Positions 49,200 to 62,500 of a stretch of DNA of 64,000 nucleotides are shown here, in pieces. The stretch comes from a virus (Duplodnaviria; Caudoviricetes). A model generated the notes under the pieces. It made no database searches. It saw nothing but the letters and a program-made list of their open reading frames with translations, and was not told the DNA's origin. Both the position numbers and the translations under genes were made by a program. The stretch is taken from positions 1-64,000 of IMG/VR virus record IMGVR_UViG_3300021400_000154; one strand, written 5' to 3'. Every line of letters begins with the position of its first letter. Position 1 is the stretch's first letter.

Positions 49200-49594
49200 T
49201 GAGTTATTTTGACGTGTTAAATAAAGCTTACGAGCTTGTGGTTGTTACTGATGAACTTACTGGTATTTCTTATCTACAGCCTTCGTACAAGATGCTGCTT
49301 CGTGATAATGAAGTGCATCTGCCAGATTATGATTCAATCGTGAACAATAATGATCCAGAACTTTGGGAGGCTGTGAAGCTTGAGGTTGAGAAGCGCAACG
49401 CCATGCTGAACTTCGTGAACCCTGTGGCTGAGTGGGTGTATTCTGCGATTGCTAACACGGTTGAGCCTGCGATGACGCAGGAGGAGAATGAGCTGCTAAA
49501 GAACGTGATGGAGTATCTGCAAGCGAAGAACGGGAAGAAGACGAGGACGAGGAAGAAGAAAGGCGCTCAAAGCGAGAGTACTCTGTCGCAGTGA
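49199..49594 (+). CDS. hypothetical protein
   Basis: AAGGAGGAG RBS; basic C-terminus. Confidence 0.65.
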   Translation: MSYFDVLNKAYELVVVTDELTGISYLQPSYKMLLRDNEVHLPDYDSIVNNNDPELWEAVKLEVEKRNAMLNFVNPVAEWVYSAIANTVEPAMTQEENELLKNVMEYLQAKNGKKTRTRKKKGAQSESTLSQ

Positions 49595-49627
49595 TTTTTT
49601 GTCGTAAGGCCAATACTGATAACGGCT

Positions 49628-50455
49628 TTAATGCAAATACATGTAAAACAATATATCTGGGCCGAACGCATATTTATCTATGGCTATGTTTTGCGAAGGA
49701 ACGAATACTTTTTTTACTGGACTTTTGTAGAAACAAAATTTAGCAATCGATGTTATGCTCGGTGGCAAGATTACAGTATGTAAATTTTCAAAACCGCAAA
49801 ACGCCTCCTCTTCGATTGTAAGGATTCCATTTCCAATGATCAAACAGGACAATTGTTCTGCATGCCCGTTTGGATACCAGGAAGGAACTTTATCGTCTAT
49901 CAGCTCATAAAAATTAAAAGATCTTCTCCCTATCGTTGTAATGTCCGTGCCGTTAATCGTACTAGGGACACAGAGAATCTCTTCGCCTGATAAATCTCCG
50001 TAGGTCAACTTATTTCCTGTTACTTTCCAAAACGTAGTTATTGTGTTTCCGTTCAGCAACGTACCGTTTGCTTTATAAGCGAAATGTAAAAGCAAATCAG
50101 AATATGACATAGAAATCCTTTTAGCGTCATATATTAGCCTATCTGACAACTTGAAGTATAAGCGTATTCTATGAATGCCATTTACACAATTATGAGATAT
50201 TAAATGCGCAGTTTGCTCAGTTCGCCCATTGGAAAAACGAGACGCTGCATCTGCAGAAATGGTATGAAAAGCATTCATATCTATATCCCTTTGTTTGGTG
50301 ATCATGTATTCACCAAACAACATATGCTGATATTGGTTGTTGCTTTTACTCGTCGAAACAGTATATTGTAATAAAGCTATTTGTTTGTATTCGGCATCGC
50401 TTATTTCGACTTCTGCAACAACACATCCGTCAATCATGAAACAGTTAATCTTCAT
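49628..50455 (-). CDS. BspA/LRR_5-like repeat protein, moron-like
   Basis: ITTIGRRSF, ILTIEEEAFCGFENLHTVILPPSITSIAKFCF; AT-rich, antisense to virion operon. Confidence 0.7.
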   Translation of the reverse strand: MKINCFMIDGCVVAEVEISDAEYKQIALLQYTVSTSKSNNQYQHMLFGEYMITKQRDIDMNAFHTISADAASRFSNGRTEQTAHLISHNCVNGIHRIRLYFKLSDRLIYDAKRISMSYSDLLLHFAYKANGTLLNGNTITTFWKVTGNKLTYGDLSGEEILCVPSTINGTDITTIGRRSFNFYELIDDKVPSWYPNGHAEQLSCLIIGNGILTIEEEAFCGFENLHTVILPPSITSIAKFCFYKSPVKKVFVPSQNIAIDKYAFGPDILFYMYLH

Positions 50456-50477
50456 GATAACACCCCCCTTATGTGGT

Positions 50478-50506
50478 TATATAACATAAGTTTGCCTTAC
50501 TGTCAA
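50478..50506 (-). promoter_or_regulatory. sigma70/sigmaA-type promoter of the LRR gene
   Basis: TTGACA-17 bp-TATATA with TG extension on minus strand. Confidence 0.65.
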
Positions 50507-50529
50507 CACTTCGAAAAGGAGGTAATAAT

Positions 50530-53500
50530 ATGCCGAATGATCAAGTAGTACTTGATGTCGTTTTTCAGCCTCAAGTAGAAAGCCTGATTCAATAGTTGCA
50601 TCAGGCATCACAAATTGCGTCAGATGACGTTCAAACAATGCTTACCGAATCAATAACTCAAGCTGGATTATTGGCGAAAGAATCTGAAGGCTTTTAGTCT
50701 CAAAGTATGCCTCAGGAATATGTTCAAATGGCACAATCTTTAATGAATGCCATGAATAAACAAGTTCAAGACATCATCGCACAGCTTAATAAGGCATCGC
50801 AAGATGCAACTTCTTCTGGGTTTGAGGATGGTATTATCCAAAGAATAAAGACTACAATAGGTTCGCTTACTGCGAACATTATAGATCAAACTTTTTCAGT
50901 TGGCGCTATGAAAAATATTGTTGGTCAGATAGCACCTGATATGGCACAGTCTTTTGCCCAAAACTACAGAGATTACTATTTGCAAGCAAGTAGACTTATG
51001 GCAAGGCAAGCCAAAAACCCAGCAACAAACGGCGAATGGATGAAGTACCTTGATTTAGATTCTGGCTTTGCCGCTGGTCAAAGAGCTATGATGCAACATT
51101 TTGGGTTGTCAGAAGCTCAAATGAGACTGATGCAAGAATCAGTAGTGCGCAGCCAGCCAAATCAAATACGTATCGATTACGCCAGAAATGCTGTTCGATA
51201 TTCAGGTGGGGCCATGAAGAAAGTTGGCGTGATCCCACAATATATGACATATCAAGAACGGCTACCTGCTTTTTATCAGGGCTTAAGCAACCAACCACAA
51301 ACAACAACGTTGTCCCCTGATGAAAGGCAGGCTTTACAAGCAGAAGTAAGTGATGAGCAATGGAAAACAATCAGAAGTATAGCCGCTAGCAACCCTTCTT
51401 TTGAAAAAGCTCTTATTATGGCTGGATTAGCCCAAAGAACAGTCCATAACAAAGCGGCAGGTTAGTTAGTTATGCCACAAAAGCCAGTAAGTACTGAATT
51501 GGTTGCAAGAGCGATTGGCCATTTACATAGAGATATAATGATTCCTTAGCTCGAGGGAGCGCCATCTAATTACAGAAAAATCACATAGACATCTGGTGAG
51601 GATCAGATGGCAATGGCAAATGCAGATTAGAAAACAGTGTTAGATATTATCGATGCGTTTCATAAACTTGCTCCATTGGGTATTTCTCCCGTATATGGTG
51701 ATGCTGTTACACGCCCATATAATCCACAGACTGGCGTTTCGCGTGTACGAGGTGCGAAATCTACTGCAGCTCCAGAAAGATATCAGATTATGAGTTTAAC
51801 ATGGGATGATTTCCAAAAAGGAGTTATGCTTGATCCACATGGCCCTGTTCAAAGCGAATATGAAGAAGGCGCAAGGGGCACATCGACAAACAAGATGATT
51901 CTTGAATCGGGTTTCACAAGAATGCTCGGCATGCATGGTAACAACACGTTCGGTAATGGAAGCAAAACAGATAATAGTTCGCCTTCTATAATACAAATTG
52001 ACTTGTAGGATCGATTATTAAAGAAACGTAAAGACGGAGAGTTAGAATGGGAAAATGGACACGTTGTTCAAGATGAAGATACTGCGAAGCTAATCGAGCG
52101 TATATTTACTATTCCGCAAGGCCATTCTCACCCGAGAGTTCAGTTTGGCCAAACTGGTATTCATTATGTTCCTACTAATGTGAAGAATGGCGTGATTACT
52201 CTTGGACGGGAAGATGCTGTTGAAAGTGCAATCAGCGATTCTATAAGACTGACAGGGCATAATGTGCTCGCTAATATGGTTGACCCGAATACTGTGTTCT
52301 AGACATATACTGATTTGAATAAACAAATCGAGGCATACAACAGAGACTTAACTCCGTCTGTGCCTATTGAAAGAATGGGCGGAAAGCTTCCTGATAAAAA
52401 TAGAATCGCATTTGTTGATCTGTCTTCGTTTACAGGGAAAAAAGATAGTAAGACTGGCCGTAATGACTATCACGATGGTTCATCCTTTTTTATGCCTGGC
52501 TTTATTCCAGGTGGCAATGCAACATACAGAATCGCCGGACAAAAGGGCACAGCTCAAACAGTTGATTTCCGTGCAATGATTAGAGATTTATACGGCGATG
52601 TTGATCATTTTTATTTGCCTGCATTGAATGCTCCGAAAGAATACAAAGATGCATTTAACCAGCATGGTATTGAAAAAGTTAGAGAAATGATGCAACAACG
52701 AGGAGAGTTGTAGAAATTCGAAGAATATTTCCTTGATGCGTTACAGTTTGATGCGCTTATATAGGACTCAGTCATTAAATCGCCTGCGTACAAAGGCTTG
52801 ACGAACGCACAGGCGCAAGATCTTTTTTATAAAACAAAAGAAACCCCTATGGGTATGGGCATTGTACAAACAGCAAGCCAGTTTTTGACAAAAGGGAAAC
52901 TTTCTCTTGGCAGACAGTTATCTCAGCATTTAGACTTAACACCAGAGCAGATAGCAGAAAACAGAGAGTTGTGGGAGAACTATATAAATATGCTCAGATA
53001 TAGGCCAGAAGAGACTGCAAAGAGGTTGTTTTCAAATCCTAACAATTCTTTGGATTCTAAGATAATGGCTAACCCTGGATTAATGTGGGATGACCCAGAA
53101 GCAAGGTAGATTGTGCTAAACGAAATATCTAAAGCTATGATTTCTATGGCGAACGGAGAATTGTTTTAGGATGGATTATCGCCTTCTGCTCTGGCCGCAG
53201 CGAACCCAGCAAAGATATTAATGGATGCAGCCAGCAGAAATGGCCTTAAGATACAGAATCCATTACTTGCGCGAAGGCTTACACTTGGAACTGGTAAACT
53301 TGCTGCAGGATTCTTGGATGATGACGAGATAGCAGTTGGAAGATGGCCAATGACACCTGGAGAACAATATAGTGCCCAACTATAGAAAGATTACTTGGAG
53401 GCTGGAAGAAAGTACGGGCTCGCAGATGACGTTTTTTATACTGATGCCGGATTTATCGGAGCAATGGGAGGCGGAGATGTCGACGGCGACACGATCCAGG

Positions 53501-56500
53501 CATTAAGAGGAAGACTTCGTGATTATGTAAAAAACACAATAACTGCAAGAGCTGGTAAAACCGGGCAACGTGATGCGTCTTTAATACCAGAACCTTTGCC
53601 AGCAAATCAAAAAATAGGGCCAAGAGTTTTTGCAGATCAAATGTTCAGAGCTGCTCAGCAGCAGATCGAATTAGGAATGGTCTCTAGAGCTCAAGACGCT
53701 TTATCCCAACTTCCTTGGATTGACCCAGAAATAGTTAGACAATATGGGCAAGCGAATGCAGACTTAGCCATGCAATATGACGTAGATTCGACTTTTTTGA
53801 AGACAGGCGTATTGGCGAACTGGACTCAGGCCTCAAAAAATGCAAGGTATTTAGGCAGACCTTTCAGTCATGTATATAAAGACCTTGTTGGAGCTATCCA
53901 AGAAGGAGATTATTCGAAAATAAGAAAAATGTAGGAGTTGAACTTTCCAAGTCGGTATCATGCTTTGACGGCTTAGATGATGGAAAGTTTATACCAGAAT
54001 CCAATAAGTAACACAGCTATTGACAAAATGATTGCTGCTCAAGAAGATTTAGAAGGAATACCTCAGCTTGAACAAGGAGAGCTATATCAACGAAGTCAAG
54101 CCGCGTTCTTAAGAGAAAACATACGAGTGATGTAGCAATTACTCTCTTCAAGAGCTGGTTTTGTTTCAACCGAAGATTTTGAAAACCTTGGAGCAAAAGC
54201 AAAAAAGTGGCAAGCTGACGTCCAAACAGAGCTTGCTCGACCTGGCATAGACGAAAAAAGAAAGAAAGTTCTTTTGGAGAATTTGGGACTTGCACAACAG
54301 CAACAATACCGTTTAGATCGCTTAAGACAGTTCGGTGTTATTGAAGGAGCTACAGACGGTTATGTTAGCTTGTTTAAAAACACTAGAGGCACTTCTGGAT
54401 AGTCTGTTTTTAGTGTTGCGCAACAGCAAGCCACGGATGCAGAAGCAGCTGAGGTTGCGGCAAGAGTTGGCGCCAATCCAACAATGATAGCAGCGATGAG
54501 AACTGCTGCGGAGAATGCGCAAATCGCTGACGCTAAACGAAAAGCCGAGAGCGCGAGATATAGTTTCTCTCAGTTGGCTCTGTTGGATAAAAGCCCTGAA
54601 GAATGGTTTAATCGGTACATAGCTAAATCAAGCGAAACAGAAATGACGCCAGCAATACATATTGGCAACGTTGTTGATAAACTTACGACAGAATGGGGTT
54701 ACAGGAGACTAGCTGAACAAAAAGGGCAAGGAAAAATGCTTACTCCTGATGAGTTTGAAAAAATGTTTGTTGCCTTGTTTACAGGAAACTTTGATCCATC
54801 TTCTTTTATAAGCGGTTTTGACGAGCGCGAACGCAATAAGTTTACAGATGCGGCGAAAAGGCTTGGTTTTCAAAATGGAATGGAACATCCATCTGACAGA
54901 TATAGAAATGCTTTAGCATATGTTAGAGCGATGCCTTTCATGTTGCCAGATGAGGAAATATTGGAATGGGATGATAATGGAGAGAAAAAACCATCTGTTC
55001 AAGTACGCGTTCGCCCTGATTTCGGAACAACTCCTTCGGGAAGCAGGGTAAATAGTATTGGTTTTGTAGACTTGATCACGAGAAATAAACATACAGGTCA
55101 GATTACAGAATGGGACACAAAAGCAAATAGCGACCAAGAAGGACGTACTGGAGGCATCAATCAAGTATATTCTTATAGTACAGATCCTGCCTTCCAGCCT
55201 TCTCATATTGGAATCTTAGCGTACAATGATCCTGAACACACGGTAACACAGCTTCCTTTTTCTAAAGAAAGACAAGATGAAGTCCGAGCTATGACTAGGG
55301 ATATTCTTGCTCAACGTTTTTTAATCGCTGAGCATGGAGACAGTTGGGATTTTATTCGGAATCAGTTCTATCCAGGAATGAACGAAGCAGCAGAACGCAC
55401 GCAAACTGAAGCCGAACATCAACAAAGTAGATCTTTTATGGAACAAGGAACTGGAATGGCAATGGCCAAAGCAATGACGTTGCAAAATGATATCACAGAA
55501 TATGAACAACGCATGCAACAAATAACACAACAACTACAAAATGGATTAAGGCGTAGAAGCGGGGATCAAACAGATAATCCTTGGGAGTCTTTTGATGCGC
55601 AGTTGAATGCTTCATTTGATGCAAGAAGACGACAGTTGGTAAAAAGGGGAGCCAACAAAGAAGATTTGGTAGGTTTAGACGAAGAGAGAAGAAAAGCTGC
55701 GGAAATGTTCGACAAAGCTTTAATGGAAGCGGCCGGTGGAGAAAAATCCGATATCGTTCAAACAATAAACGCGCTAAATGATTAGTTCGCTAAGCGACGG
55801 TCTGATTCCGGTTTGACAACTTACATTCAGGAATTTGAGGGCATTGAAAAGGCAGTTAAATAGGCTACTATGGCGTTTGACGTGTTTGAACAAAAGATGG
55901 CAAAAAAGAAGAACTTGTCGCAGAAAGATCAAGAAGCTCTCGACCGTGGAAGACAGCAAAGAGAAGAGCTTACTGGTTTGGCAGACATACAAAGGCGCGC
56001 TATATAGGAAGAGGCAAAACGGAAAGCATTGTCGCAAATAGAAGATTTTGCAATAGATCAAGGTACCATGGAAATGACTCCAGAAATAAGAATGCAGCGT
56101 ATCAAACAAAAAAGGGCAGAAGAACTGATGCGTACTCAGTTAGCCATAGGAGAGTTAAAAGATAAAGGCCTTTTATCGGAAAAAGATTTCGAATCAATGT
56201 CTAGCAGTATTACTGATATGCTTGGCGATCAATAGCTGGGTGCTTTTGCTGCGCGCGCTGAACGAATCCGACTTGGATTAGAAACAAAAACGCCTGAACA
56301 AATGAGTCAGGAGCGTTTGAGAGATATTCGAGCAGCGATTGCAGCATAGGTTGAATCTGGAGGAGACAGTCCTGAAGTTGCCGCAGCAAGAGAAAGAAAA
56401 CGTGCAGCTGATAAAGCTTTGGAACAAGCACAACAACAAGCTGCGGAAGCGCAACAGGCAGCGGGTGGTAAAACAGTTACAGCTGAAGATGTAGCGGCGG

Positions 56501-59500
56501 CAAATGCTACAGTAGTATCAGCAAAGTCCAGACTTAAACAGTTGCAATAGGAAAGAGATCGAATAAGTACAGATATACAAACCCGCACATCTGCTCTTAC
56601 AGGAACTCAGGCTGAACAAAAAGCTCGTCGAGATGCTCTTCAGTAGGCATATGGCGAAGCGAAATCAGCCTATGAGCAAGTTGTAGCTGCCCGCCCTGCA
56701 GACGGAAGTAAGGCTCTCGAGGAGAAAAAGGCAGCTTTGCAGGCAGATTTAGAAAAGCGAAAGAAGATTGGTACTCCGGAGCAAGCGGAAGAAGCTTTAG
56801 CGCGAGAAAAAGCAGAATTAGAGAGACTTACTGCAGCAAGCGGAACTGCATAGCAATCTCTGAAACAAGCCCGCGCAAGCCAAACAATAATGGATCAAAG
56901 AAAGGAACAGCAGGATATTATTACAGCTGCGACAAAGGATTTAGAAAAACTCAAGCCAGATCAGGAAAGAATAACAGAGGCACACACTAAAGCTAAGGCA
57001 GCCAGAGCTGCTGAAAAAATACATAAATTACAACCCCAACTTGGTGGGAAAACCCCGGAAGAAATCTTGCAAGAAGAAGAAGACGCCAAAAAGGAACTTG
57101 AACAGGCTCAGAAAGAAAAACAAAGAGCAGAGCATGATGCAACTGCTTATTGGGGTAGCCGAAAGAGGAAGGGTTTGAGTCAACAAGGCGACTTTAAGGC
57201 AATACGTGGAGAGCTTTTAGATCACCTTAGTAAACTCAGTCCCACAGAGCTGAAAGACCTTGGGTTTATATAGCTTGCACCTGATAAAATGGACGAGGAT
57301 GCATTGGCCTCTACCCTCAAATACAACGCTGGTGCTTTTTCTAGATCTCGCGACACATCCCTTTCAGGACTTGCAGCTTAGTTTGTTGAAGCCTGGAAAG
57401 CGGAGAAAGATTTCCGACCGATTTCAGGAAGAGTAGAGGAAGCACAAGGGAGAGCCGCAACAGCTCAAGCAGCAGTAAAAGGACTTGAACAAAAGGCCGA
57501 AGCAGCAAGGAAAATACAAGATCTTTTGCGTGATACTCCTGGAGCTAAAGAAATGCTGTCAAAAACAGACGAAGAACTCGCCGGCTTTAAAGAAGCGGAA
57601 GATGCTCAGAGCGTATCCGAGAAATAGCAAGCAGCACAACAAAAGATAAGCGCAGCTTTGCAAGAGTTAGCTAAACTTCCTGAACCTAAAGAAGTTGATG
57701 TCAAAGGGAAACAACAAGAAGCTGCCGAAGCGGCTGGAGCAGTGGATGCTCAAAAATTGAAGGTTGAAGCAGCAGAACAAAGATTAAAAGACGCTAGAGA
57801 ACTGGACACACGAATCAGAAGTTTTCCCACTCTGACAGAGCTAGAGGAACAAATCGAAGCCGAAGGGCAAAAGCAGACCGATGCTGCCGAAGCAGAACGC
57901 AAAGCAAAAGAAAGAATGGATCAAGCACAAGAAGCGTTAACTGCAGCTACGCCACAAGACACTACAACAGCTCAATCAGAGATCGCAAGCTTGAAACAAC
58001 AGCAAGCCCAAAACCAAACGCAGATAGAAGCTCAACAGGCAGTAGTAGCACAGGCGGAAGCAAACCTTGCGGCAACAAATGCTGCTGCTCAAAACCCTGA
58101 TGAACGGATAGCCAATGCGAATGCAGCTGTTGAGAATGCGCAAAATGAAGCAAACCAAGCAGCCCAGGATCTGGAAGACGCAATAAAGAAACAGGATTCC
58201 ACTGCGAATCAAAGTATTGACGAGCAAATGAAACCCCATGTTGAAAGAGAAAACCAAAAGCTTGAAAGAATCCGTCGGAAAAGCGAGCGCGCCAGAGAAG
58301 ATTTCAGGCGTATGCTTACCGGCGAAACATTGACTCCAGAGGAAAGAGCTGCCAGGTCTGAAGAAGACATTAAATTCGCGCTTCAGGAAGCAAGAGACAA
58401 AATGTATGAAGATGGCAATCAAGATTGGCAAAAGCTTGATGAGATCCTTGGCAATGATAGTATGTGGGCATAGTTCAGGCAGCGTACTTAGCAACAGGAA
58501 AAGACCATGGACCAGCTTGCTCAGAACGATCTCGAGCGTACTGCTCAAGACCTGCAGAACAGAATAACCGGACACATGGAAACGAAGGAAGAAATGGAGA
58601 ACAGAGCGATCCAGACGTTCAGGGATCAAATCATTCAGAAGCGTGATGCAGCGAAGAAGAAAGGATTGGATACTTAGGCTTATGACAGGATGCTTGAGAA
58701 GGATGAGAATGGACAAGAACAGCTCAGAGGCGATTTACAGGGTGCCATCAAGGAGCAAACGGATTTACAGAGACAACAACAGATCGCTCAGCGGAGAATG
58801 CAGAATCTCGGTATTCTCAGGCGCGTATCTGGTTTCACAAGCACGACAGATGCCGCTGCTCAATATGAAGCTCAGAAGCAACAGGACCGTATTGCTTTTA
58901 AGAATGCAAGAGACAAAGCTGAAAATACAGCGGAAGCAGAACGCACAGAGCAAGATCGTGCTCTCCTGGCGATGACCGAAAAGGATTGGGAACGGCAATA
59001 CGACGAGCAGAATCTTGGAATGCAAGGGCTTGGTACAAGGGACGCTGCGAGAAAAAAAGCACAAGACGATTACCGCAATAATAAGGGTTATATTCAAGAA
59101 ATCCAAAACAGCGCCTTGTAGGATACAGAAAAGGCAGCAAGACTTGCAAGATTTTCCAGGTATCTGGGACAAGACAGACAGCTTATTTCCGAGGAAGATT
59201 ATGTCAATCAGGAACTGTAGTTATTTGATGAAAGAGCTGATATAGCAAGAAGAAATGCTTTGCAAGGTATAGATCAAGCGGCTGATGCTTCTATGCAATA
59301 CAGGTTAGGAAAGCTTTCTAGTGGGCGGCGTGCGTTAACTAGCTTTGGTATGACGTCGCAAATGGAGCTTTCAAGGCGTTTATCAGCTTTCAATCAATCT
59401 GCTGCCGCGCGCAGGAGTAGCGTCTCTTTATCTTCAAAAATCAAAGAAACAGAGACAGAGCTCGCCTCGCTCACAGATGCAGACAAAGAAAAAAGAGCTA

Positions 59501-62500
59501 CTCTTGAAGCCAGGCTACAAGCTTTGCGCGATCAACAATCATTAGCTGATACGCAGTCTGAAGAAGCAGAGCAGAGAGCTCTCGGAAAAAACAAAAAGTA
59601 TCAAGCCGCAAGAGGAAAATACGATCTCGCAAGACAAGCTTACGATGCCGCGTTGAAAAACAATGATTCTGATTAGATGGCAAACGCAGCACAAGGTATG
59701 CGCGACGCCGAATAGGAAATGCAAAGAATCGCGGCAACATCTATAAGCGCGCGAGCTTCCCTCTCTGCTCTTGGGCAAACGTTTGCTAGGGTTGGCATGC
59801 AGTTCGGAAGGCGCATATTCCAGGCAGCCATTCGTGAAGCGACTCAGTTTGTCAAAGTATATGATCAAACCATGCATCAGATTCAAGCCATAACCATGAA
59901 ATCCAACCAGGAGATGGCTACAGTCAGATCTTCTACGATAACTCAAGCTATAGGTTTAAAAACCTCTGCGACAAACGTTGCACAGGTCAAATCAGAGTTA
60001 TATCGGCAAGGGTTATCTGATTCGCAAGTTAATGACAGAACTGATTCGATTATAAAGTTTTCTGCTGTCACAGGGATGAAGGCAACGCAAGCAACAAAAG
60101 CTCTCACTACGGCGTTGCAAAGCGGACTTGTTAATAATATTCATGAGGCAATGGACGCGATGGTCGCTCTGGGCGATAGCGCAGCAACGACAGCTGAAGA
60201 AATAGCAAAAGGTATGCAAAAATCTGCTGCGGCTGCAAAAGTTGCAGGCGTGTCTTACGGTGAACTGACATCCATGTTAACAGTTATCACCAGCAAAACT
60301 CAGCTTGGCGGCAATCAAGCAGGCACAGCGCTTCAAACGATATTCAGCCGGATGCGCAGAGTAACAAACGAAGGTATAACCAGTGATGAAGGCGGAGAAA
60401 TCACAAGCGTCAATGATGTCGAAGAATCTCTTCAACGTGTTGGCATTTCTATGAGAACAGACGCTAACAGTTTCAGAGATACGTTGGATATCCTTCGCGA
60501 TCTTGCAAAAGTTTGGAATGATTTGAATGACATACAGAAGAACAATATCATGTATAATATGGCTGGCGCAAGACAGAGCAATATGTTCTCTGCTTTAATG
60601 GAAGGATTGGCTGATGATAATGGTAAGACATTTGATAAATATCTTGGGCTTACTGAGGATAGTGATGGGATAACTCAGAGCAAATACGAAATCGTAATAT
60701 CAAACATCAATGCAGAACTCGACGAACTGAAAACCACATTCGACGGGCTTGTAGAAGCAGTCACAAACAATGGATTGTTAACGTTCTTCATCGACCTCGC
60801 AACAACCATTACTGGTTTTGTCGCAGGAGTTTCCGATGGATTAGGAGCTATCCCTTAGCTTCTCTGGGCTATTGCTGCTGTGTTAGACGTGGTGAAGATT
60901 AAAAGCGCTGCAGTGGCCGTATTCAAAGGATTGGCGAATCCTGCTACGTTAATAGGGCCGATTTTAGGCCTTCTGGCTGTTGCAGGAGTAGGCGCTTTGG
61001 GATCACACATAAGTGGATCAAGAAAAGCAACAGAACAAAATACTGAACTGAAACGACAAGCCGATTCTGACTTTCTAGAACATGCATCCAGTGTTCGTAC
61101 GGATAGCATAGAAAAAGTGGAAAAAGCACTTGACAAAGTAAAGCAAATGCAAAAGATAGATGTCGATATGGAAACAGAAGAAGCCCAAAAAGCGCTGGAA
61201 GATCTCAAAAGAAGCACAAAGGCGATAGGTGGCAATATCTCTGATTGGCCAAATGCCGTAAGAGAGGCTACAAAAGCTATAAATGAAGCGAGAAAAGAAA
61301 GTGCACTATTTTTACTCGGACTTGGGGATACTGGGGCAAAGGATCTCCAGACAAAATATAATAATAATGTTTAGACATATAATGGTGCCATCTAGTAGTC
61401 TGATTTTGAAGACGGCGGTATATTATATGGCAGATCAATTTTCCAGGGTATATCTCAAAAGGACTTAAAACCTTACTCAACACAAGACGGTAAAGGCGGC
61501 TATACTTACGAAAGCTTGATAAATGATCATTAGAAACTTGACATGAAAGCGCCTCGTAAATCTATGACTTATAGAGATGCGATGAAACAAGATTTAGAAA
61601 ACATTGGTATAAAGACAGAGGGGCTGTAGGACACAGACTTGATCGATTTGCACGGTGTATACTATTACAGTGGCCTTTCCCAAAACTTTAGGCGCGTTAA
61701 ATACAACAAGAATGCAGGCAATCAAAATCGTGATAACCAGGAATATGCTTACGAATTTTTTAAACAGCTTTCTGACAACACAAATCAGCAAAATATAACC
61801 ACTTCATCATTGAAACGTGTAGAATCATGGTTTGATCTGTGGACTAAAACAGCAGGATATGAAAACTTTATGAATGCTCATGGTGGACATATAGGTTCAT
61901 ATACAGCAGGTGGTTCCTTTGAAGACTTTGCATCTGTTATGGCAAAACAACAATACGAAGGAGTTAGAAATGAAGTTATTGGGTTATGGGATTAGGACGA
62001 AACAAGAAACGAAATCGCAACAAGAGCTGCTGAAGAAAATGAAATTCTGTCTAATATGGACAGCTTGTTCGTTCAGTCGCTTATGACTAACGATGATGCA
62101 TATGGGCCAGCTGTAAAACTTTGGACTTAGGGTAACGAAAAGTTTAAGGATCGCATTGTTTCCGAATTTCTTGATTACGCAAAGGACCAAGGTATTACGC
62201 CGAATTATACAAATGTTAAAGAGTGGCTAATGAAACAAATTGAAACTTATACTTCTGATGAATTCCTGCGGATGTATGGGTCTCCCGAAGACTTTGAGTA
62301 TTATTATTCAGATTCAGAAGGCAATCCATTGTTTGGTGCGCATGATTTATAGCGAGAAGCAATCCTTGAGGCGTACAACGAAGAAGTTGCGCTTGCCGAG
62401 AAAAACGGTAACACCAAACGGGTTGAGGTACTTAAAGCGCTGCAAGAAGAAGTAAGTAAGTATAATCCTTTGAAGACAAACAAAATATATACGTCATCAG

